Of a stretch of DNA of 64,000 nt, positions 48,831 to 62,170 are shown piece after piece. Position 1 is the first letter of the stretch; each line of letters opens with the position of its first letter. The notes beneath the pieces were generated by a model. That model was not told the DNA's origin. It did not search any database and saw nothing but the letters and a program-made list of their open reading frames with translations. This stretch comes from Raillietiella orientalis (lineage: Eukaryota). The DNA lies in assembly GCA_036172245.1 (NCBI GenBank), contig JAYWIR010000001.1, forward strand, positions 2,356,001 through 2,420,000, given 5' to 3'. Both the position numbers and the translations under genes were made by a program.

Positions 48831-51800
48831 CCAAAGGACCGACTGGAGTTAGCGGTTCACCGCAAGAGTTCAGTCGCCGTGGCAAGAACAAATCTCGGAC
48901 TCACCCCGCGTGTTTTTCTCCAAAGGATGGCCGCCGGCAGAGCCAGCAAATGCGCCGCCAGCAGAGTTGCAGAATTTGAACTCGCGGGCTGAGCAAAGCA
49001 ATTTCAAGGACGGAGTTTTTCACCAGCAAAAATGCCTCTGGACGATCAATTAACACGGGTCGTCTTCCCACAAAAAGGTGACGCCACGAGTGCTCCTTCG
49101 AAAGATTCGCAAGTCCCATTTGTTATTTTTATCTTCCCGATACGAAGATGTTTACGAGGATCGATCCTGCACACAGCTCCAGAAGTTTTAATCAAATTAA
49201 AGGAGTCTTTCCAGTTAAACGGGTTTCTTTCCAATTTCCACTACATCGGCATCTGGTGGGTTTTTTGCCATCTACATTCCTTTGTCTTGAAAGTTTGCAA
49301 TATTTTTGCAAATCAGAAGTGTCAGTCCTTTCTTCCGGAGAGAAAAGTCAAGAAAAGCCGTTCAGTGGAGAGCAGCTTTCACTAAGAGTAAGCATTTGTC
49401 CGATGTTTACATTTAGAATGGCAAAACTTGCGTCATTGCTGTTTCCAAACACAAAGAAGCTCCCTAAAATTTCGTGGTGTAAATGAATTCACACAATTCG
49501 CATTCACAAATAATTTATCAATGATAATAATAAGCTCACGGAGCATCAGTTTAATTGGAGTTTCCTAAATTACTCTCTTGCGCTCAAGTGAGCCGACTGT
49601 GTCTACCATTTGGACACAATCCGCTAACTTGAGAAGAAGAGGATCAGGAGGAATAGGAGAAACCTAATTCTCCTATAGCATAGGAGAAATCAAGAAGTGG
49701 ATAATGTGGTTGGTGGCACGAAAAAGTGTTGATGAGAATGAATCCGTGAGATAGTGAAACATTGGCATTGAAAGGGCGATGGACCGCTCCCCATCTTCGT
49801 CGGAAAAGACATCTTTCCTCGTTAAATGAACTTGATCATCGCGTCACCTGCCACTCACCTAAAACATGTTGAATCGGTTTCATATTCTTCCACGCAAAGC
49901 GAGTGACAAGCTGACTGATCGCCAGGAGCAAAGATCGCCGCAATGATGCAATTCTGGTGTTCATCAGATAGAAAAAGGAAGGTGTTTCGGCTGTTTCTAA
50001 CCACCACAGAACGGCTGTGACCTCGAACGCAACGTTATCCACAAAGAAGGAGAACTTGGAAGGACAGCACCTTCGGCTGCCGAATCTTGGCTGTTCCAGG
50101 CAACGGGGAATAGACACAAATTTTCATCAGCTCAGAGATAAGTCGAAACGCTTCCTAGCTCGGGAAAAAAAAGAGCCAAGTGTCTTCAAGGAGAGACGCT
50201 GCTATGTTGTTAGTCAACTACGCCTAACTGTGGATTCTGCTAAGTGTGCAGAAAGTAGTACCCCTCCACTTCCCGTCATCGGATTCGTTGTGAAAGATGC
50301 ACTCCTTTTTCTCATTAGAGCAACATATCCAGCGGGCACGTTGAAAACGTGCTTCTCTGTGAAGCACCCAAGCGAGTTTCTCTTCGGACAGAACAGTGAT
50401 TTCGCATCGACGGAATGTACCGTGAGGCGTGACTGATTCGTTCTACGAATGCGCTTTTCGCGACATCCACATGTGCAGCCACTCGAAAAATTATGGGAGC
50501 ACACGTGGAAAAGACATCTCATGCACCGACTAGCGTGGTGGCTGCTTCGATGGCCCTCACCGAAGCTCCTTTCTTTCCTGTTGGATGAGAGAGAACCCAC
50601 GTAAAATTTTGTCAGTCAGGAGCAGCACCAAGAAAGCCTCACAAGGAGATTTCGGCTCAATCAGTCGAAATTCGGTCACACTCCCATATCGTCGAAAAGC
50701 AGCACTGAGGATGGCAACCAAGACCGCCAGCAGGTGGCCAAGGGTAAGAATGCTAGATAGAAAACTCCAGGTGTCAGACCGACGGTCGTCCTTTTGCTTG
50801 CTCGTCAAGGTCGCATGACTCTGTCTTCTCTCTAGCTCATGCACCATACAACATAAACCGGTCTACTGATGATGGTGATTTCTGTTTGCCTCACTAATGG
50901 TTTCCTTTTAAGCACGTTTTGTTTAGCAATCCCTCAGGCACGCAGACCGACCCTAGTGACCTAGTAGGCAGTTTGAGCGAACGAATCCTGATAATTCTGA
51001 TGTGCAAATTCAACTTCTCTTCGCAAGTTACCTTATTCAGTGGATTTGACAGGCACTTCCAAGAAGCCAAACTACTGGAAATAAACGTGAGTTCCTTTAA
51101 CTTTCCATGCACTTCCAGCCGAAGCGTTTTGCCACCTCAGCAGCAGCGGCATCCCTTCACTAAAATCTTCCCTGCTACTCGCAGCCCTCGCAACGGCTGC
51201 GCGTCCACGTTCATCTTATGTATCAACTCTTTCGAGCATCGAAAGCGTCGTCGACTTCATCTTTTGGATCGTGGAACTCTTGCAAATCGGCTGTGCCTTG
51301 TTCCCGTTTTTCGAGTGGCTTTTCGTGACGGGTGCTTCCTTATGTGGAAGTGTGTACTGTACGCTGTTTCATGGGATGGAACAATGCCTGAGCATCTGGC
51401 ATGGTGATAGAGGAGAAAACGGAAGGTGTCGATGATACACTTACTGGTTATTCCTCGCAATCTGTGCATGTGAAAGAATCATCGAGCCCACACAGAACAA
51501 AGGTGATGGTGTTCCTGGTGTATGGAACAGTGGGTCTGCCGGGCCCTAGATACGCCGCTCTGTAAGCGTCAATGTGTTGAAGGTACGACGAATGCAAATT
51601 TCAGAAGAATTGGAATCGAAGACACCTCAATCATCAAGCCATCATCTGACTGAATACTCGGTTTTCTTGGAAAGTAAGCTTTGATTTTACAGCAGCTAAG
51701 GCATTGAAGATTTCCCGCGTCTCCACTTCCTCTTTGTATTTTCCGTTTGGTTTCCTCTCAGGAGCTCTTTGGGTTGCGAGTTGCGCTGCCACTTCCTGAT

Positions 51801-53579
51801 GATTAAGTGACCTAGGAAATGGAGAGTGCACCTGTTGTTGCAAGATCGCACGACTCCGACCGCATTGAAAATATTTCTGTTGAATAGAGCAGACATATGG
51901 AAGTCGACTCTAAAACTATGAAGCCGGTATTAAACAAAAAAGATATAAACCAAATGGAGCCAGCATAGATCTTATGAGCGTCTCTTTTCCCCATTCTCAC
52001 TATCGAGACCTTGTCGGCTGAGCAGTGAACCCTGCAAACCTAAGAACGAGGCAGTCTACCCTCGTGTGATTTCATCTTGATACGATTCTTCGAACTCTTT
52101 CTGTGGGATCCAGAAGACGTCCTTGCTGATGTGCTTCGTTTCTATTTTGCATACTTTGCTCCAGGATGCCCGAAAGCAAAGACAGGAAGCCTTTTCCAGG
52201 AAAACAGACGTACAGGGCAACAACGTGTTTCTTATAAGGACTATCGTTGATTTCTCTTTGTCAAGTAGACGTGATGTCGATGGTTGAGAATGGCTTTTTT
52301 GGGAAGGGTCATATTATGGCCACTAGTAACCGCAATCGGATGAAGCCTGCACAAATTCAAGATGGCACGCCGCAGAGGATGCATCAGCAAGTCTATATAA
52401 TTGGTCCCCTCTTGACATTCTGAAACTTCCAAACGCAAATAGTGGTCTCCTCATGACCTGGAATATCAGACTCAACCGTTCAGTTGACAGCCCTTCTCTT
52501 TCCGTATTGCATACTTCCTGAAAAAGTCTCGTCCGGGATTGTTCGTTCATGTCATCTGCATGCATCTCTAGCAATTTACTTTTCCGAAGTCTCTTTCATA
52601 CTGCCCAAATGAGGGAAACCTTCGAAGGACACTTCGAGCTATCATCAGTATGGAAAAATTCCCCATTAAGAGCGTTTCACCTTCTCCTTAATCACTGTGA
52701 ACTCTGGAGGCTGGTGCAAGATTAGCCTCTGTCGCCACACTGAATATCTTGGGATCTTCTAGCTGGATGACTAGAAGACTCCAAGTTGAGGATGCCCATG
52801 GGTTTTCCATCCTTGCGCTCTCGATACCCACGTAAGCCCCGGAAGGCGAGTAAGCATCTCCTACTGTCAATGTCTGATAGGGCATGTGACAAAAAAAACG
52901 GAGAATCGGCTCAAATTAGCAATACCCTTCTCTAGCAACGAAAACCAAAAACCAGTCAGCGACAGTTAAAGGAAGACCGCAGAAGACAACTTGGGGAATT
53001 GCTGCTTAACCATTGCCAGTGGGTGGAATTCTCAGAGTAAGAAACCGGAGAATCCCATCTAATATTCGCCGATTCCACCGAGATGGGATTGTTTTCGTCG
53101 GAGGCCATGTGGTTGCAGTCTCCGCGCATGGCACCAAGTGTCGCGTGTTCGAATGTTCGGCCAGAATCGACGCCGAGAGTTATGTGCGTGAAGGGATTCG
53201 AGTTCCTCCTGCAAAATGATGCTGAGAACCCATTAGGCAGAGGCGGTTACTCTAGTGACGCTTCTCGGGAAGAGCTGCAACACACGGAGCTTCCGCTGTG
53301 CTCGTCATCGCCAGCAGATTCCTTGGGGTCGAGAAGACCCCACTTTTGGATTCAAGTGTAGGTACGGCTTGAGTGCGAGCAAAAACAAGCGGGAAACTCA
53401 GAAATCTCGGTAAAGGCTTGATCAAAAAAAGCGATCAAAAAAACTGCTGAAGAGGCATTTCAGGAAGCAACGAATCCTGCTTGATGGGACGCAAATGAGC
53501 ACCTGGGATACGATGCAAAGGCACACTCTGGGCAGGCTTTACGCGCCTCGGTCCAAGATTCGATGATGGACATCTTTAG

Positions 53580-56500
53580 AGGTCCTTTGGTTGTTCCCGG
53601 ACCGCTACAAAAGCAACGCCTTCGAATTGGAAGCTCACAAAGGATTCACGGAATGCCTTCGACTATTCGTTCTGCGTGGCGAACAGACCCGGCCCGTGGT
53701 TTTTGTTCCTTAGCAACAACCCGGCGAATCCTGAATTTCTTACCCTCAGCGTTGTCAACTCTCTCTGCACGGAGATGCGCACCACAGCAGCGGATACGGC
53801 ACTGCTAGTCAGAGAATCCTCGTCCATGAATTTGATTCCAAATGCAATTCTCTTTCCTTCTTGGAGTGCATGTTAGAGATGGTCTATTCTAACATCTCTT
53901 CCGCACCTCTTTCCAGATGCTGGACATATCTGTATCTCTTACGCCAATGACGGACGATCTCCTCTACAAAGTGTACGCGCAGAACATCGTCTTCAGTCCT
54001 CCAAGAATCATGGAGGAGATGGTCATAGTGTGTAAGAGGTCAAGAAAAATCTTTAAGGCGACTTCTCTTTTAAACCCTTTCGAGAAGAAGGTGAGAGCCC
54101 TTGGAGTTTTTCTTCATCAGAGGCGCTCTCAAGGTGTGGTTTGCAATCGTATGGATGATGATGCTCATCGGTCCGGTGCTGTTTCTGATGATACAGCTGA
54201 AGGCATCTTTTTGCCGGAACTACCCAGCAACGCAAGACATGGCATCTTGTGTCTGGTTCTCGATCGGGATCTTCCTGAAGCAGTCGTGCACTTTCCGGCC
54301 TCGTGGAAGTGAGTGGGCTGTCCATTTTCATCTCCGTTTTACCACTTCGCTGAGAAGCCTCCGGTTCTCCGGGACTCACCTGGGAATTTGAGTACAGATG
54401 CACCCGCCTTTGTTCACAGTCTTGAGAGAAGGATACTGGAATTCTATTGCGCCCTACGCGCGTCTGGAAGCAGAGCATTTCTTGCCGCTTTCCTTGCGCG
54501 TTCCGTTCTGTCCTTCGAGTCCCATCTCTCGCACGCTGAGCGGTCTTATCTTTTGCTTTTGGGCTTGCTAAGTGCCGTTTCTCCTGGCGGTTCACGAAGC
54601 TCGGGAATGCGGCATCCTTCCGCGTGTTCCGGGGACCCACCACTCTATTCTTTGAAACCGAAGCCCAAGGAACTTGCGACAGAGGGGATGGGGGAAAATG
54701 GTAAGTTGAAGACGATGTTTCCACTCGGGAAGTGCAAGCGTGTTAATTTCCTGCTGCCCCTGCCTTTCAGGTTCCATCCGGCTCATCTACATCTCCTGGT
54801 GGATTTTCGCATCCCTGGTAGCCTCCCTGTACAGCTCCAAGCTGATATCGTATCACACGACCCCGCACTACGAGTCGTGCGAGAAGTTCGAGGACGTCAG
54901 CAGCTACCAGAAGAGGCAGATCGTCGTCTCGGACAGAGGGTTCTCCAACAAACTCTTCGAGGTTAGTTTCCTGATTCGCGGTTCCGGGTCGAAATTTCGA
55001 ACGATTGCGAAAAAATAAATACCATGCTTTTATTACGTATGTTAAGTATGGACTCCTGTACGTCATGAAGGTTATGAAAAAATAAACATACAGTGGAACC
55101 TCGGTGCCGGAACTCATGAAACTCAGCACTCGTGGCATTTTGACGAGAAAAAAATCTTTTGACAGTCGGCGCATGCTCGAAACTCGACACCCCACTCTCA
55201 TGATGAAACAAGTGAATGCTTCCGTCTCATGGTAGCTCGCGAACAGTGCGAAACACTCCCATAGAGTGCCTCTCGAATCGTCCTTTTTTGCGCTTTCTGA
55301 ACATTTAAGGCGTTTCCATTATTCATTATATGAAAAATTCGTTCGGTACTCGTCGGTTTCGGCACTCGTCACGAGTTCTGGAAGTGTGAGGCGGGCCTGC
55401 GGGAACGAGGATTCCGCCAAGAAGGCGGCAGCAGGAGCGCGGACCTGCAAGGCAGGCGGAAAGAGTTTGTGCGTCGAAAGGGTCGTACCATCATCCCGCG
55501 TTCGCTGCCACGCTAACTGTCAGCCCGCAGAGCTCTGCCGACGGACAAAGGCGTTCCTCCAGGGGACCTCTTTACCCTTCCATTAAAGTGGCAGTCTGCT
55601 GCTGCATTGCGGCTTCCCGTACAACGCCCGCCGACATCACTGGATACGATTGGGAGGAGTAGGTTGGACCCAAACTGTGCCAGCTGCAAAGAAGGCGAAT
55701 CCCTCCTCCATCTGCTTGGGGATTGGGTCCTCCGGCTCCTTTGGGAACGCTCTGTTGCGACCCCAGGAACCCCCGGCGGCAACTCCAGAGACGCTTACGG
55801 CCCATTCTCCTATGGGATGCCCTTCGGCCCACAGCCTCTCTGGCAGCTCTCTGCTACCTTCGCGGGATCGTCGCGGCCTGGAGCGACTCAAGGGAGGACC
55901 AAGCGACAGGAGTACGACATCCACTTTGCTGTCCGATTCATGAGATGGCAGCGAGATGGCCCCAACTGAACACTGTTTGCAGCAAGAGCTTGCCGGCATC
56001 CTCCAAAGAAGTAGAGGATCATCACCAGAAGGACGTGATCCCTTCCCGCCCCCTCCCAAGTCTGTTTAATTATTTGTTTTTGTTTTTTGTTTCCACCTCC
56101 CCTTCGCTGCCTTAGCGGATCTCACTGGTGACCCGGCAGGTCCTTGTTGCACGTAGTTGAGCCACTGGTCCAACCACAGAGACTTTTTTTTTTATATTTA
56201 AGAAATTCCCTGATCCTCCCGGGTGACAATTCAAAAAACATCTTTGACCCGAATACGTCCAGATGACTCACGAGCGCATTCTCTTTTCAGAAGAACTTGA
56301 AGAGCTACCCCCAACTGTTGGGTAAGATCGAGTATGTAGAAGACCCGAGAGAGGGTCTCGACCTGGTGCAAGATAAAGGTAGTGTTCAATATTCTCTTCA
56401 GCCTGCCGCACGTGCCTTATGATCTACGGGCGGCACTTCCGGGAGACGACTGGGAAAACTCTCAAAGACGTGAACGGAACCTACCGGAATCTGCGTCTTC

Positions 56501-59500
56501 TTCCAGAGCTCGGGCAGTTTCCTCCGATTATCCTCGCTCGTACCCTCTCACCCGCTCGCTGCACCTTTTTCGCTGCACTCGCTGCACTTCTTAAGCTGAG
56601 TGCCCCGTGAAACAGAGCCGCAATTCTCGCACGTTCCCATCATCTTCACATCCCAAAAGATTGTAATCATCGGAGACGATGGAAACCCGTTTAGGTTCTT
56701 CTATGCCTTCGTGAGTTTCCTTTTATTTAGTTTTTTTTGTTCCGGGTTTTCCTTTTTTTTTGGTTAGTTGGGCGCCTCGAAAACCGTCGCGTAGCTGGCG
56801 GCTCGCGTAGGTCTTTGACACTCCACCCGAAGGTGTGCGTGACTCTCCAAGACGGGAACCCACGACGCACCCATTACTCTGGTGTCGATTCCTTCCGAGT
56901 GTTTGAGACCGCGACGCTTGGTGGTGCCACGAGCGGCGGTCGCAGCCAAGTGGCTCGTGACCGACATCTTTAGCATCGGGATGTGAAGAGGTGGCTGCCT
57001 TCATCGAGAGGTTCACCAGTGCACGCTGAGCAGCCTATTCATCCACACCAGCACAGTCTTGCCCCTGGTCCTTTTGGCAGCATCCCACTTCTCGAATGGA
57101 AGAACTTCTCTGCATCAGTCGTGGATGCAGGGCAGTCTCCGAGCTTGCATCCGAGAAAGAGAAATCTTCAAGATCGGCTTCTCCTACTCTCTCCGTGCGG
57201 TGCCGCGCGGACCCAATTTACTAGATGAGGTGCCAGCTTCAGTCAAGTCCAGCGGGGAGTGGAGGCGGTTGGTGGGCCGAAGGCTAGTTCCGGAAAGACA
57301 GTGACTCCTTCGCAGCGCAATCTTGAAAGCCCTCTCGAAGGCAAGGGGTCTGGTCCAAAATAACCTGGCGCCCACATTCCTCCGGATGAAGAAAGGCGCT
57401 CTAGCAGCTAATGGAAGCTAAGCACGCAAATGGTCTCGCAGCCACGCCGTCTGGAGAGGCTGTCGGTGGAAAGATCGGGAAAGGGAAAAGGAAGGGGAAG
57501 TGAAGGTGGGAAGCCTTTGGAGAGCGAACCTCCTAGAACCAACTGTACTCTGGACCCCGGAGTGCAAAGGAACACCGAGTGAAGATGAAGAGGGTGCGGC
57601 CAGCAGGGTGTCACTTCGTGGGAGGAGAGAACGCGGGAAAAGCCTGCTCGCTTCTGAAGAGACAATAAGGCAAAGGAGTGGACATACTGCGCGATGCTGG
57701 AGAACAGAAATCCGAGCTGCGCTTCCGAGTTTCCTTCGGCAGGTTTTCTGCAGCGAAGATGCAAAAGCGAACAGGCACTTCCTCGTGGGAACGGGTTGGC
57801 CTTTGCCTGGGCCGGCGCGGTGGTTTTCCTCGATCTGACAGGCGGTCTTAGATGCTCCTTCAGCAGCCGGAACTATCCTCGTCTTTTAAGCAGCTACCCA
57901 GGCGGCGATCTTCCGGAGAAAAGGCCGTGCGTCCACTCCCGAGCTTCTTCAGTGATGCTTGCTGCTCCCATGCCTGCTTGCGTTGCAGAGAGCGGGGTGA
58001 ATGGGGGCCAAGTTCACCCTCGGCACGGGCGCGGTTGCGCGTCTCCCGCCGCTGGAGAGACCGCTTAATCCGAAGTTAGCAAACGGGTAGCCTGAAGGCG
58101 TGCGGGAGTCGGTGAGCACGTAGCCACGGAAACGGAGCCAACGCTCGTTCCAAGCACCTCCGTCGTCATGGAAGCATCCGCGGCGGCGATAAGGCGGATT
58201 CGAGGAGGAGGACGACGTTCCGTTCATGATGCTTCTCGTTTCAGAAGCTGTCTTTGTAGAGAACAGAATCCTGGTCGAGAAAATCATGTGCGAGAACCGA
58301 CCCCGCTACCTGAACTACCAGATGAGCCGGCTGCAGGTGGCTGAGAATCCCGTCTACCGCCACAAGGCGGGGTTCGTCATCTCGAAGAAGAGCAGATACC
58401 GGAAAATGTTCGAAAAAATGTTAGTACGTCCGATTTCCCCCCCTCCCGGCGCTCGCAGCCGCAGCATCGCAATGCGGGGGACAGATCGAGCAAGGCGCTC
58501 GGGCAGCATCTTCGGCCGCGAAGACCGCGATCAGGCGTTCCGTGCAGCTGCCAACACACGGCAGAGCCTTCGGCCTCAGGGTCCGCCTGGGCCTTCGGGG
58601 GTCCGGAGGCGCTGCTCCCGCGCGTCGTTTGACGGCTTCCCTTCGGCAATCGAGGCTTCCCCCCATCCAAGGTCTCTTGCGCTGGCGAGCAGCTGCTCGG
58701 CTTTCCTGCCAACGAGGGTCACGTCGAAGCAGCCGTGGGAACATGGAGACCCACGGGTTCCTTCCGTGCCTCTTCACCGACCCATTTTCCGCCTCCGTTC
58801 GGACGCGAAGGCACCCTCGGAGCTTCGCCGGAGAACGCTTTCCAGCAGAGTCCACATGGCGGCAGCACCGGCGGATCCTCTGCGTGCATGCGCCGGACGA
58901 GCATGAAAAATCACTATGCGCGTACATTACATGCACGAAATCTGTACATATGTTCCTGTTTGGATTAATGCATGGGTGGATGCATATCTTATGAAGAGTA
59001 CGAAAAATAAACGCTTATTATGCACAAATTTTTTCAACATGCATATTTATTAATACTTATTAACATGCAAATTGTTAATAGTCATATCGTCTTAACTCAT
59101 GTGTACGAATACATTGATGCACATATATGTGATTATTAACACGATTAAAAAATACGCTTATCATACATAATAAACACACACACGTGCACACACACATATG
59201 TCCATATCTACATGTCTATGTATATGTTTATCTATATCTACGTGTATATCTATATGTACATCTATATCTACATCCATATCTCTCTATCTACATCTATCTA
59301 TCTGTCCATGCATAGATAGAAAGATGGATAGCTGCAGATAGGCTGACATAGATAGACATTGATATGTAGATGGAAAGATGGATAAATTAATGGATAGATG
59401 ATATGGATTCATCGATAGACGAATTTATATTGTAGGGCTTAAAAAAGATTAGTATGCATGTCTATTATGTATGTATATACATATGTTTATATTTGGATGA

Positions 59501-60746
59501 ATATAGAAATTTCTTTTAAGATGGATGCTCATTAGTATACATATAATGTGTCTTGATATCTTTCATTAATATGTACACTAATGGTAATAAAAATAAATAC
59601 AGAATTTCTATTTATATAATAAATCAAGTACATAAGTGTGTGAAATTACATAAGTGTGTGAATGTCCAATTATAAAAAGTAATTGAAAATTAGAAACGCC
59701 CGAAGAAACGTCTGCTGCCGTGGCGGCAATTAGAAACGGCGGGAGAGCCTAAAAAAACAAAGAAATTGAAAAAGCAATACAGAAATTTGTCACCTGCAAC
59801 TCTCAATGATTGACTTTTCCTGAGCAAATTGATTCTTTCCAGTTTCAGGATTTCGATCCTAAGGACATATGTTTATAATTTGATATTTATGCATCCATTT
59901 CATATATATTGCATGCATAGATATATATAATAAACGTACACATATATTTTTCTAATCTTAAATATATGTATATATGTATTAATTAATTATTATTACTGTG
60001 TTCATAAGCTTGCATAAAGAATTTATATATTTATAATATTCATAATGTATATTACTCTACACATGAGTATACATATTAGTGCAATAAATATATATATGTA
60101 TTTATTTTTAATGATCTTCTGGATTTCGGCTTTGGGATTTTGATCTGCGCCGCCGTTCCACTCACACGCGAGGACACGCCCATTTCCCAGATTCGCGTTT
60201 TCCGGAATCTTTAGGTCGAGTTGCCCGCGGCATGGACGAACTCTCTCACCCCCACTGCCATGCGCACCAGCACGGGATGGAATGGGGTCTTTTCGCGATT
60301 TTCTCCTTTCGCGTCCTCCTCTCTGCCATTGAGTGGATGATGGGGAGAAAATTTCACCGATCCCACGAAAACCATTAGCGTTAGGTGAGTGAAAGCCCCA
60401 TAATAGGTCCAAGGATCCCTGTACGCTCCAAGAGCACCTCGTCTCTCTCGTTCTCCATCAGTCCTGCGCCGTTTCAGTTTCCCTTCCCTGATTCCTCCTC
60501 TTTTACAGCATAGGGCAGCTCTCCGGCAGCGGGATATTGACGAATTGGCTAAATGACCAGCACCGAAAATGCTTGGAGAGGCAGAAGCACTTCGAGAAGG
60601 ACAAGCTGACTTTGGCCAACTTGAAGTGGGTCTTCCTGCTGATCCTCCAAGGTTCGGCAATCGGCGCGGTGGTTCTCCTGGCAGAAATCATAGTGTCGCG
60701 CGCAAGCAGGAAGAGAAGGACTTTTGGAACCATCCAGATGCCATGA
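53580..60746 (+). CDS. Divergent ionotropic receptor (IR/iGluR family); 5' end unresolved, possibly pseudogenised
   Basis: Phase-consistent exons: 53917-54090 (S1 end, LLNPF), 54134-54308 (M1 and pore, WFSIGIFLKQS), 54771-54961 (IRLIYISWW...LYSSKLISY), 56291-56378 (EGLDLV), 58245-58419 (S2, GFVISKKSRYRKMF) and 60509-60746 (SGILTNW, LTLANL, M4, LLAE). Upstream exon 53580-53871 (LFPDRY...) has apparent frameshifts. A possible further exon lies near 53041-53183. Confidence 0.85.
55091..55383. mobile_element. Second (inverted, truncated) copy of the pogo/Tigger-like MITE, in an IR intron
   Basis: Starts TA|CAGTGGAACCTCGGT and aligns with the reverse complement of 17614-17948. The other TIR is lost where a LINE fragment begins. 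Confidence 0.8.
55384..56229 (+). mobile_element. 5'-truncated L1/Tx1-like copy (element I), in an IR intron
   Basis: LDPNCASCKEGESLLHLLGD (zf-RVT-like) and DALRPTASLAALC. 3' UTR tgatcccttccc, hairpin at 56153-56177 and terminus ccgggtgacaa. Confidence 0.8.
58900..60110. repeat. AT-rich low-complexity block with (CA)n, (TATC)n/(GATA)n and (TA)n tracts
   Basis: Abrupt switch from GC-rich to very AT-rich sequence with simple repeats, inside the last IR intron. Confidence 0.7.
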
Positions 60747-60851
60747 GGGCCCAGGTCATGGGGAGTTGTGCAAGTCGAAGCTGAAAGAAAATTTCTCCCG
60801 CAACCGCGATAGCGAAGGCGAGCTCCTCCTTCTTTCCTGCTTCTTTAGAAG

Positions 60852-61960
60852 TTTTTACCCGGTGACACCGGGGCGTTTATTTGAAAAGAAATGAATCTCA
60901 GATTAGAGGGGAGGAGGCGTCTCCTGAATACAAGAGATGCTAAAGGAAAAAAAAAAAGCAAGTCATTGAGGATGACCAACGGCACGCAGGCTGACTTCCC
61001 AAAAAATAGAGAACGGAGCGAGGAGACAATAAATAAATAAATAAAAAGACAAGAGGGTAGGGACAGGGGTCTCTGACTTCAGTCGTTCCTTTCTTTTCAG
61101 AAGCAGCTGTGGATGGTAACCATCTCCTTGGCAACTTCTTGTGGCAGATGAAACCACCTCACAGCTCTTCTTATCAAGGATGCTGCCATGCTGGTGGCCT
61201 CCCTTCGCTCCGATCGGGACTCCAACACATGGAGGGCTGTCACCATGACGAGGATGCAGCATCTCGTTGCAATCACAGCGCCCTTCTTCAGCCTGCCTTG
61301 CGTGAAGAAGCGCTGCAGCAAGTCCGAAGCGGGGGTATCCTGCGTTCGACGGAGAGTCGAAGCGAGTGGCCACCACAAGTTCTCCAGGGCACTGCAGTCC
61401 AGCTGGGGGTGCGGGAGCGATTTCATCGGCCCACACCTCGAACAGTTCGGAGAGACAGTTCTCACGGAAACCACGTGACTACGCTGATTGCACTGGAATC
61501 CCCAGTGAAGAAACAGCAGAACATCCTCTTACCACCGCAGCGGGAGCACGGAGTCCACACACAAGAGAAGGGCCACTATTCTTTTGTGGGCAAACCAAGT
61601 CGGTCACTCCGCCGAAGGAGTATCGTTGTCCGGAAACAAGGAGTAGCCGCGTTCACCAACTCTCCTGTCTTACACCTGTTCAGGAGTTCTTCGGCTCCTG
61701 CAACATTGCAAAAGAGCTCCCACTTGGCCAGTTGGCTGCTGTCATCTCTTGCCCTTTGGACAGGCGGCGCTGTGGTAAGGGTAGTGACGGCCATCCGGAA
61801 CCACTGTATTCCGTCCTGTAGATCTCTAAGCGTTTTCGGTAGGAGATTGTGCGGCAACCTCACTTCCTGTTGACACACACTTCCAAAGTGTCAACCCTGG
61901 ATTCCAGAGCCTTCTGCTGCCAGGTTTTTCATGTTTTCGAGAGGCAGGAGATCCACGGAT
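60852..61960 (-). mobile_element. 5'-truncated L1/Tx1-like copy (element H)
   Basis: VSPNCSRCGPMKSLPHPQLDC (zf-RVT-like). Minus-strand terminus AATAAAcgccccggtgtcaccgggtaaaaa at 60852-60881. The UTR segment gagggtagggacaggggtct is shared with element C. The 5' boundary is approximate. Confidence 0.75.
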
Positions 61961-62088
61961 GAGCTACCAGAAGAGTGGATAGATGCCTGAGGGGGGGGTC
62001 AAAAACAATAACTCTACACGGTTTCCTTAAAAGAAGTCTGTTCCCTCGGCAGCAGCATCCTTCCATGACAACGAATCAAGCTAGAAGG

Positions 62089-62170
62089 AGACAGATATAT
62101 CCTTATAGAGACAGATATTCTTTAGATAGACAGATATTCCTTAGATGGAAAGATATTTCTTATAAAGACT
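62089..62170. repeat. ~19-20 bp minisatellite, about 4 imperfect units
   Basis: Units resembling AGACAGATATTC(T/C)TTAGAT. Confidence 0.7.

Noticed and set aside
53618-53642. 25-nt GC-AG intron that would repair the IR frame
   Set aside because: Far below the 43-nt minimum seen in this window, with a poor donor. The direct repeats favour an insertion.
56695-56710. 16-nt microexon in an IR intron (TTTAG|...|GTGAGT)
   Set aside because: It would shift the frame, and the flanking exons already join in phase.
62089-62170. CRISPR-like repeat array
   Set aside because: Units are contiguous with no unique spacers, in a eukaryotic context. It is an ordinary minisatellite.
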